This document shows, piece by piece, positions 10,179 to 17,670 of a DNA stretch of 32,000 bases. Source of the stretch: Candidatus Saccharimonadota bacterium (lineage in GTDB: Bacteria > Bacteroidota > Bacteroidia > Flavobacteriales > Blattabacteriaceae); NCBI RefSeq assembly GCF_033370915.1, contig NZ_CP104096.1, forward strand, positions 34,701 through 66,700, written 5' to 3'. The translations under genes and the position numbers were made by a program. The notes under the pieces were generated by a model, which was given only the letters and a program-made list of their open reading frames with translations, was not told where the DNA came from and did no database searches. Within the stretch, counting starts at the first letter, position 1; the number at the start of each line of letters is the position of its first letter.

Positions 10179-10709
10179 ATGAATAATAAATTTTTAATAG
10201 TTGGTTTAGGCAATAAAAATAAAATTTTTAAATATACTAGACATAATATAGGAAAATTAATAGTAAATAAATTAATATTAAATAAAAATAATATTTATTT
10301 AAAAAATTTATATGGAATAATATATAAAAGATATTATTATAATACAAAATTATTATTCTTATTACCTAATTTTTATATGAACGAAATTGGTTTATCAATA
10401 AAATATTTTTTTAAAAAATATAATATAAATATTAATAATTTAATAATAATTTGTGATGATATTTATATAAAATTTGGTAAAATAAAAGTAAAAATTAAAG
10501 GTGGTTCTGGTGGACATAATGGATTAAAAAGTATAGAAAAAACATTTAAAAAAAATAATTATATAAGAATAAAAATTGGTATTGGTCATAATTTTAAATA
10601 TGGTAATCAAAAAAAATATGTATTAGAAAAAATAAATAATAATGATTTAAAATTATTATATAATAAAATATATATTTTAGTATACAATAAAATAATTAAT
10701 ATAATTTAA
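10179..10709 (+). CDS. pth: Peptidyl-tRNA hydrolase
   Basis: LIVGLGN, YTRHNIG and GGHNGLKS motifs are present. Confidence 0.88.
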   Translation: MNNKFLIVGLGNKNKIFKYTRHNIGKLIVNKLILNKNNIYLKNLYGIIYKRYYYNTKLLFLLPNFYMNEIGLSIKYFFKKYNININNLIIICDDIYIKFGKIKVKIKGGSGGHNGLKSIEKTFKKNNYIRIKIGIGHNFKYGNQKKYVLEKINNNDLKLLYNKIYILVYNKIINII

Positions 10710-11770
10710 TATTTATTATAAAATTTATTTAAATAATTAATTAATTTATCGATTTCACCATTCATAATATTATCTAAATTGTATAATGTAATTTTTATTC
10801 TATGATCAGTAACTCTATTTTGAGGAAAATTATAAGTTCTTATTTTTTTAGATCTATCACCAGTAGAAATTAATAATTTTCTTTTATTTTCCATATTTTT
10901 TTTTTTTTTAAAATAAATAAATTGATATAATTTAGTTTTTAATATTTTCATAGCTTTATTATAATTTTTATGTTGTGATCTTTCTTCTTGACATTCTACA
11001 ATTATATTAGTTGGTAAATGTATTAATCTAACAGCTGATTCAGTTTTATTTACATGTTGTCCTCCAGCTCCACTAGATCTAAAAGTAAATCTTTTTATAT
11101 CAGATGATTTAATTTGTATATTAATTTCATCTAATTGAGGTAAAACAGCAACAGTAATTGCAGAAGTATGTAATCTTCCTTGTGTTTCAGTTTTAGGTAT
11201 TCTTTGAACTCTATGAACACCAGATTCATATTTTAAATAATTATATATTCCTTTTTTATTAACATTTAATATTACTTCTCTATACCCATCATTAGATCTA
11301 TTAATATTTAATATTTCATATTTTATATTTTTTTTTTTAAAATACATTATATACATTCTATAAATATCTTTAACAAATAAACAAGCTTCATATCCACCTG
11401 TACCAGAACGTATTTCGATAATTGCCGCATAATCATTATTATAATTATTATTATTTAATTTGTTAATAAAAAAAATTATTGATTTTTTTATAATTTTAAT
11501 ATTATATTGTTTATTTTTAATATTATTATTAATTTCTAATAAAAAATTTTTATCATTTTTTATATTTTTAAAAAATTTATAAAATTCTTCTATGTCTTTT
11601 TTATTAATTTTATATTTTTTATATAAAAATAATAAATTATTTATATATTTATAAATTTTATTATTATATTTAACTTTAAAATATTTTATTTTTCCAATAA
11701 TAAAATTATAAATATTTATATTTTTATTAATAATATTTTTTATTTTATTATTAAACTTATATTTTTTCAT
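10706..11770 (-). CDS. prfA: Peptide chain release factor 1
   Basis: The GGQ motif reads RSSGAGGQHVNKTESAVR. The RF1-type PxT tripeptide reads RIPKTETQGR. Confidence 0.93.
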   Translation of the reverse strand: MKKYKFNNKIKNIINKNINIYNFIIGKIKYFKVKYNNKIYKYINNLLFLYKKYKINKKDIEEFYKFFKNIKNDKNFLLEINNNIKNKQYNIKIIKKSIIFFINKLNNNNYNNDYAAIIEIRSGTGGYEACLFVKDIYRMYIMYFKKKNIKYEILNINRSNDGYREVILNVNKKGIYNYLKYESGVHRVQRIPKTETQGRLHTSAITVAVLPQLDEINIQIKSSDIKRFTFRSSGAGGQHVNKTESAVRLIHLPTNIIVECQEERSQHKNYNKAMKILKTKLYQFIYFKKKKNMENKRKLLISTGDRSKKIRTYNFPQNRVTDHRIKITLYNLDNIMNGEIDKLINYLNKFYNKY

Positions 11771-11773
11771 ATA

Positions 11774-12760
11774 ATGAATTTAATAAAAATAATTGAAAAA
11801 TATATAAATAAAATAAAGTATAAAAAAAACAATTTAAATAATTTAGAAATTAATAATATAAAAAAAAAATATTTAAGTAAAAATGGAATAATAAATAAAT
11901 TGTTAATAAATTTAAAAAATATAAAAGATAAATATAAAAAAAAAACTGGAATTAAAATAAATTATTTAAAAAGTGAAATATTAAATATAATAAATAATTA
12001 TAATTATAATAAAAATAATAATAACAATAATAATAATAAAATAGATTATGATTTTTTTTATATTAAAAAAAATAAATATAAATTAGGTTCAAAAAATCCT
12101 ATTTATTTAATTAAAGAAAAAATTAAAAATTTATTAATTTATTTAAATTTTAAATTTATAGATAATAAAGAAATAGAAAATGATTGGTATAATTTTACTG
12201 CTTTAAATTTTACTAAATATCATCCTTCTATAAATATGCAAGATACATTTTTTATTAAAAAAAATATTTTATTAAGAACACATACCTCTTCTATACAAAT
12301 AAGATATATGATAAAAAATAAACCACCAATTAAAGTATTTACTTATGGAAAAGTATATAGAAATGAATCAATATCAAAATCGTCATTTAATATGTTTCAT
12401 CAAATTGAATTATTATATATTAATATAAATGTTTCTATTATAGATTTAAAAAATATTATATTATATTTATTGAAAAATTTATTTTATAATAAATATAAAT
12501 ATAGATATAGAATATCTTATTTTCCTTTTACAAAACCTAGTTTTGAAATTGATTTATATTATAACAAAAAATGGGTAGAAATTATTGGGTGTGGGTTAGT
12601 AAATAAAAAAGTATTAAATAATGTAAATATTAATTATAATAAATATTCAGGTTTTGCATTAGGATTAGGAATAGAAAGAATAGCAATGATATATTATAAT
12701 ATAAATGATATAAGAGAATTATTTAAGAATGATATAAGATTTATAAAACAATTTAAATAA
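11774..12760 (+). CDS. pheS: Phenylalanine--tRNA ligase alpha subunit
   Basis: Class II motifs are LLRTHTSSIQIRYM, FHQIE, FPFTKPSFEID and GFALGLGIERIAM. Confidence 0.92.
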   Translation: MNLIKIIEKYINKIKYKKNNLNNLEINNIKKKYLSKNGIINKLLINLKNIKDKYKKKTGIKINYLKSEILNIINNYNYNKNNNNNNNNKIDYDFFYIKKNKYKLGSKNPIYLIKEKIKNLLIYLNFKFIDNKEIENDWYNFTALNFTKYHPSINMQDTFFIKKNILLRTHTSSIQIRYMIKNKPPIKVFTYGKVYRNESISKSSFNMFHQIELLYININVSIIDLKNIILYLLKNLFYNKYKYRYRISYFPFTKPSFEIDLYYNKKWVEIIGCGLVNKKVLNNVNINYNKYSGFALGLGIERIAMIYYNINDIRELFKNDIRFIKQFK

Positions 12761-13496
12761 TTAAATTTCTATTAATTTCATATAAAATAATTCCACATGC
12801 AACAGAAACATTTAATGATGAAATTTTTTTACTAATTATAGGAATTTTAATTTTATAATTAGATAATGATAATAAATTTCTTGAAATCCCTTTTTCTTCA
12901 TTACCAAAAATTAAAGCAAATGAGTTTATATTTTTAAAAAAATTTATACAATTATTATTAGATTTTTCTGTAATAGATATTATTTTAATATTATTTTTTT
13001 TTAAATATTTGATAGTATTTACTATATTATTAACTTTACATATATTTATTTTAAATATAGCTCCTGAAGATTTTTTAATAATTTCTGGATTAAAAAGATA
13101 AATATTTTTTGGAATTATAATTAAGTTAATATTTAAACACACACAACTTCTAATTATTGATCCTATATTTTTTGTATCTGTAATATTATATAATATTAAT
13201 ATTTTTAAGTTATTATTATAATTAATTTGATTTAATATAATAGTTTTTATAAAAGATATATAAGCTATTATACCTTGGTAATTAATTCTTTTATTATTTT
13301 TAATATTAATTATATTTTCAATATTATTTTTATTTAAAAATTTAATAGAAATATTTTTATTCTTAATATAATTTATTAAATTAGAATATTTATAAATTTT
13401 ATTTTTATCAATAATAATTAATAATATTTTAATTTTATTAGAGTTTATTGCTTCTTTAATTGTATGATATCCATATATTAAAATATTTTCTTTCAT
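12753..13496 (-). CDS. rlmB: SpoU/TrmH-family RNA 2'-O-methyltransferase (RlmB-like)
   Basis: IYGYHTIKEAI at the N-terminus is RlmB-like. SPOUT motifs are NITDTKNIGSIIRS, LIFGNEEKGIS and IPI...SSLNVSVACGIILYE. Confidence 0.75.
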   Translation of the reverse strand: MKENILIYGYHTIKEAINSNKIKILLIIIDKNKIYKYSNLINYIKNKNISIKFLNKNNIENIINIKNNKRINYQGIIAYISFIKTIILNQINYNNNLKILILYNITDTKNIGSIIRSCVCLNINLIIIPKNIYLFNPEIIKKSSGAIFKINICKVNNIVNTIKYLKKNNIKIISITEKSNNNCINFFKNINSFALIFGNEEKGISRNLLSLSNYKIKIPIISKKISSLNVSVACGIILYEINRNLII

Positions 13497-13541
13497 ATAT
13501 AATAATTTTAATTAATAAAAATTATTAATATAATAATAAAA

Positions 13542-15122
13542 ATGAATAAAAATTTGTTAAAATTAGATAAAAGATATAATAGTTTTAAAAAATATTTAAA
13601 TAATTTAAGAGTAATAAATGAAAATAATATATATATAGGAAAAATAATAAATATATTTAAAGATGAAGATTATGTAATAATTAATTATGGTGGAAAATTT
13701 GAAGGTATTATACCGTTAAATGAATTTAAAAATAAAAAAATTAAAATAGGAGATAAAATACGTATAATAATTTTAAAATTAGATTATAATGGGAAATGTA
13801 TAATATCATATAAACAGTATAAAAAATTTAAATATTGGATAAAAATAATAAATGATTATAAAAAAAAAAAAATATTAAAAGGTACAATAGTAAATAATAC
13901 TAAAGGTGGTTTAATAATAAAATTATATAATAATATATTAAGTTTTTTACCAGGTTCTCAAATAGATATAAACTATATAAAAAATTATGAAAATTATGTA
14001 GATAGTACTATAGATGTACAAATATTAAATATTAATTATAAAAATAATAATATAATAGTTTCACATAAAATATTAATTGAACAAGATATAGAAAATAAAA
14101 AATATAATTTAATAGTAGGTTTTCATAAAGGAAAAATAGTATCTGGCAAAATTACTTATATAACATCTTATGGAGCTTTTGTTGATATAGATAATTTAGA
14201 AGGATTATTACATGTAAAAGATATTAAAAAAGATCAATTAAAAAAATTAAAAATAGGACAAGTATATAAATTTATTGTTTTAAGGGTAGATAAAAAAATA
14301 TTTAGAATACATTTAGGGTTAAAAAATAAAAAAAAATGTAATTTAAATTTATTAATAAAAAATAATAAAATTAAAATAGGTAGCATAATAAATGGTATAG
14401 TTAATATAATAAATGATTATGTAGTGTATGTAACAATTAAAGAAGGAATAGAAGGATTATTACATTTATCAGAAATATCATGGTTTAATCAATATAAATC
14501 AGCTAAAGATATTATAAAAAAAGATGAAAAATTAAAATGTAAAATAATTAATATAGATGAAAATGAACAAAAAATATATTTAAGTTTAAAACAATTACAT
14601 AAAGATCCATTCAATAAATTAATAAAAAAATATAAAATTGGAACAATACATAAAGGAAAAATAATAAAAAATAATTTAAAACTAAAATTAAAAAAAAAAT
14701 TTAATTGTTTTTTTAATTTATTAGACAAAGAATTATATAACGATAAAATAAAATTTATAGTTTATTATATAGATACTAAAATTAGAATAATATTTTTAAC
14801 TACTAAAATAATTAATAAAAAACTATGGAAAAAATATAAAACTATATATAAAGTAAATACAATACATAAAGGACAAATAAAATATATTTATAAAAATTAC
14901 TATTTTATAACAAATAAAAAACATGAAAATTTAATTTTACTTATGAATATTGAAAATAAAAAATATAATATTAATAATACATTAAATTTTAATGTATTAA
15001 ATATTAATTATCCAAATATTATGGTATTTCCTTTTTTACAAAACTCTACTTTTGGTGATTTTAAAGATTTAACATTAATAAAAAAATTATTAGAAGACGT
15101 TGAAAATAAAGAAAATAAATAA
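13542..15122 (+). CDS. rpsA: 30S ribosomal protein S1
   Basis: Repeated S1/OB motifs are present (GKIINIF..., GAFVDIDNLEGLLHVKDI, VTIKEGIEGLLHLSEISW). The 526-aa length fits a multi-domain S1. Confidence 0.85.
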   Translation: MNKNLLKLDKRYNSFKKYLNNLRVINENNIYIGKIINIFKDEDYVIINYGGKFEGIIPLNEFKNKKIKIGDKIRIIILKLDYNGKCIISYKQYKKFKYWIKIINDYKKKKILKGTIVNNTKGGLIIKLYNNILSFLPGSQIDINYIKNYENYVDSTIDVQILNINYKNNNIIVSHKILIEQDIENKKYNLIVGFHKGKIVSGKITYITSYGAFVDIDNLEGLLHVKDIKKDQLKKLKIGQVYKFIVLRVDKKIFRIHLGLKNKKKCNLNLLIKNNKIKIGSIINGIVNIINDYVVYVTIKEGIEGLLHLSEISWFNQYKSAKDIIKKDEKLKCKIINIDENEQKIYLSLKQLHKDPFNKLIKKYKIGTIHKGKIIKNNLKLKLKKKFNCFFNLLDKELYNDKIKFIVYYIDTKIRIIFLTTKIINKKLWKKYKTIYKVNTIHKGQIKYIYKNYYFITNKKHENLILLMNIENKKYNINNTLNFNVLNINYPNIMVFPFLQNSTFGDFKDLTLIKKLLEDVENKENK

Positions 15123-15156
15123 TTATTTAGAAAATAATAAATAATTTATATAAATT

Positions 15157-16119
15157 TTAATTTAAATTAATTATATAATTATTAATATAATAATAAATAA
15201 TTTCATTAAGATTTCCATTTATAATTTTTTCAATATTTTTAGTTTTATAACCAGTTTTTAGGTCTTTTATTAATTTATATGGATGCATAATATAATTTCT
15301 AGTATGTGATAAAATATCTTGTTTATTATTATTATCTTTATCAATAAATTTATTAAATAATTTATATTTTAATAATTTAATAGCATATTTTTTATTAATT
15401 ATTTGGGATCTAGTTTTAGTACATTCTACGGTAATATTAGAAGGAATATGTTTTATTCTTACACCTGTTTCTACTTTATTTACATTTTGTCCACCTGCTC
15501 CACTTGATCTAAATGTTTTAATAATTAAATCCTTATTATTAATTTTAATATTATAATTTTTTTTTATTAAAGGATATATATAAACATAAGCATAAGAAGT
15601 TTGTCTTTTATTAAGTTTATTAAAAGGGGATTTTCTAATTAATTTATGTATACCGTTTTCCCCATGTAAATAACCATAAGCATATTTATTATTAATTTCG
15701 ATTAAAGAAGATTTTTTATTATTGTCTTTAATAGAATTAATAATTTCATAAGAAAAATTATTTTTTTTTGCCCACATTATATACATTCTTTCTAGTATTT
15801 CCACCCAATTATTACTATCTTTGCCACCAATACCAGTCTTTATTTTTATTAAAGCATTTAATTTATACTCTTTAGTGAATATTATTTTTTTTAATTTATC
15901 TATTTGTTTATAAATTTTTTTTTTATATATATTAATTTCATATTTTATGTTGTTATTATCAAATAAAGAATATAATAATTTTATATTTTTATTTATTGAC
16001 ATAATAATATTATAAATATTTATTATTTTTTTATGTTTATTTAATTTTATTAATTTTTCTATATTTACTATATTTTTTATATTATTTATTGTAATATTTA
16101 TATCGTCATTTATAAACAT
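15157..16119 (-). CDS. prfB: Peptide chain release factor 2, one uninterrupted ORF
   Basis: The RF2-specific SPF tripeptide reads IRKSPFNK. The GGQ motif reads RSSGAGGQNVNKVETGVR. The ATG lies 4 nt downstream of the tRNA-Ser 3' end, so there is no room for an upstream frame-0 leader ORF. Confidence 0.9.
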   Translation of the reverse strand: MFINDDINITINNIKNIVNIEKLIKLNKHKKIINIYNIIMSINKNIKLLYSLFDNNNIKYEINIYKKKIYKQIDKLKKIIFTKEYKLNALIKIKTGIGGKDSNNWVEILERMYIMWAKKNNFSYEIINSIKDNNKKSSLIEINNKYAYGYLHGENGIHKLIRKSPFNKLNKRQTSYAYVYIYPLIKKNYNIKINNKDLIIKTFRSSGAGGQNVNKVETGVRIKHIPSNITVECTKTRSQIINKKYAIKLLKYKLFNKFIDKDNNNKQDILSHTRNYIMHPYKLIKDLKTGYKTKNIEKIINGNLNEIIYYYINNYIINLN

Positions 16120-16123
16120 ATTA

Positions 16124-16212
16124 CGGAGAGAGAGGGATTCGAACCCCCGTAAGAATTAATATTCTTAAACGGTTTTCAAGACCGTCGCATTTAACCACTC
16201 TGCCATCTCTCC
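16124..16212 (-). tRNA. tRNA-Ser (anticodon UGA), class II with a long variable arm
   Basis: The reverse complement is GGAGAGATGGCAGAGTGGTTAAATGCGACGGTCTTGAAAACCGTTTAAGAATATTAATTCTTACGGGGGTTCGAATCCCTCTCTCTCCG. It has a 7-bp acceptor stem, anticodon stem ACGGT/ACCGT with loop CTTGAAA, variable-arm stem AAGAAT/ATTCTT and a GGTTCGAATCC T-loop. No CCA is encoded. Confidence 0.93.
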
Positions 16213-16305
16213 TTCACCTGTTATAATTATGTATTATATTATTTTAAATAATAAATAGATTTGTATTTATTATTTTATTAATATTTAATAAATAATTAGT
16301 TCATG

Positions 16306-16377
16306 TGACGTAAGGGGGAGTTGAACCCCCGACATTTGGGTTATGAGACCAATACTCTACCACTGAGTTATTACGTC
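16306..16377 (-). tRNA. tRNA with CAU anticodon (Met family; anticodon arm resembles the initiator type)
   Basis: The reverse complement is GACGTAATAACTCAGTGGTAGAGTATTGGTCTCATAACCCAAATGTCGGGGGTTCAACTCCCCCTTACGTCA. The acceptor is GACGTAA/TTACGTC, the loop is CTCATAA and the T-loop is GGTTCAACTCC. The anticodon stem GGT...CCC resembles the initiator GGG/CCC, but positions 1:72 pair as G:C. Identity among fMet, Met and Ile2 is unresolved. Confidence 0.85.
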
Positions 16378-16408
16378 TTTACTTTATTTATAATATAATA
16401 ATAATAAA

Positions 16409-17572
16409 ATGTATAATAAAAATATATTAATAGGAGTATTTAAAAATTATAAAAAAAATTCTGTTGAATATTTAAATGAATTAGAAAATCTTTTAAAGGT
16501 TTTTAATGGTAAAGTTAAAAAAAAATTTTTACAAAGAAGATTAAAACCACATAATTTAACATATGTGGGGAAAGGTTTTTTAAAAAAAGTAGCTTTATAT
16601 GTAAAGGAAAATTTAATAGATACTGTAATATTTGATGATGAATTAACATTAAGTCAAATAAAAAATATTGAAAAAGAAATAAAATGTATAATTTCTGATA
16701 GAACAAAATTAATATTAGATATTTTTTTCTATAAAGCAAAAACTTCATATTCTAAAATGCAAATTAAATTGGGTCAATATGAATATTTATTACCTAGATT
16801 AACTCATATGTGGAGTCATTTAAAAAGACAAAAAGGTGGAATTGGATTACGTGGACCAGGTGAAAAAGAAATTGAAACAGATAGAAGATTAATAAAAAAA
16901 TCAATTTTGATATTAAAAAGAAAAATAAATAAATTAAATTATCAATTATTAATTCAAAGAAAAAGAAGAAAAAATAAACTATCAATATCATTAATAGGAT
17001 ATACAAATGTAGGAAAATCTACAATAATAAGTAAATTAACAAACAATCAATTAGTGATTGATAATAAATATTTTACTACTTTAGATACTAAAGTAAATAA
17101 TTATTATTTTAAAAATAAAAAATATTTAATGGTTGATACTATAGGTTTTATAAGAAAAATACCAACAACATTAATAGAATCATTTAAATCAACTTTATTA
17201 GAAATTAAATATTCTGACTTAATTTTACATATTGTTGATATATCATCTAATTTTGTAATAGAAAAAATTTTATATATAATGAATTTTTTATTAAAATTAA
17301 AATTAATAAATAAAAATATTATTATTGTATTTAATAAAATTGATAAAATAAAAAATTTTAATTTATTATATATTAAAAAATTATTTAAAAGTAAAAATAA
17401 ATATTTATTATTTAAGAATAATTATATTTATTATATTTATAAAATAAATAATATAATATATAAAAAAAAAATAAAATACATATTATTTACTAAAATTAAT
17501 AATATATATATTAATAAATTAAAAGAATTTATTTTAATGGTCTCGGCTGGATTTGAACCAGCGACCTCTTGA
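16409..17572 (+). CDS. hflX: GTPase HflX
   Basis: The HflX N-domain motif reads GPGEKEIETDRR. G1 reads GYTNVGKST and G3 reads DTIGFI. The last 34 nt, including the TGA stop, lie antisense within a tRNA gene. Confidence 0.88.
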   Translation: MYNKNILIGVFKNYKKNSVEYLNELENLLKVFNGKVKKKFLQRRLKPHNLTYVGKGFLKKVALYVKENLIDTVIFDDELTLSQIKNIEKEIKCIISDRTKLILDIFFYKAKTSYSKMQIKLGQYEYLLPRLTHMWSHLKRQKGGIGLRGPGEKEIETDRRLIKKSILILKRKINKLNYQLLIQRKRRKNKLSISLIGYTNVGKSTIISKLTNNQLVIDNKYFTTLDTKVNNYYFKNKKYLMVDTIGFIRKIPTTLIESFKSTLLEIKYSDLILHIVDISSNFVIEKILYIMNFLLKLKLINKNIIIVFNKIDKIKNFNLLYIKKLFKSKNKYLLFKNNYIYYIYKINNIIYKKKIKYILFTKINNIYINKLKEFILMVSAGFEPATS

Positions 17573-17612
17573 TTATGAGTCAAGTGCTATAACCAAACTA
17601 AGCTACGAGACC
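17538..17612 (-). tRNA. tRNA with CAU anticodon (elongator Met or lysidine-dependent Ile2)
   Basis: The reverse complement is GGTCTCGTAGCTTAGTTTGGTTATAGCACTTGACTCATAATCAAGAGGTCGCTGGTTCAAATCCAGCCGAGACC plus discriminator A. It has a 7-bp acceptor stem, anticodon stem CTTGA/TCAAG and loop CTCATAA. The T-arm GGTCGCTGGTTCAAATCCAGC is close to E. coli tRNA-Ile2 as I recall it. No CCA is encoded. Confidence 0.88.
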
Positions 17613-17670
17613 TATTTATTATATTAATATAATTAATAATAATAAAATAAATAATATATTAATATTTAAT

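Noticed and set aside
17613-17670. AT-only palindromes such as TTATATTAATATAA in the spacer between tRNA(CAU) and the ileS 3' end, and imperfect inverted repeats in the rpsA/prfB spacer (15123..15156)
   Set aside because: These are 14 bp or less, or imperfect, and consist only of A/T. Such palindromes are expected frequently by chance here, unlike the 21-bp perfect hairpin at 28598..28646.
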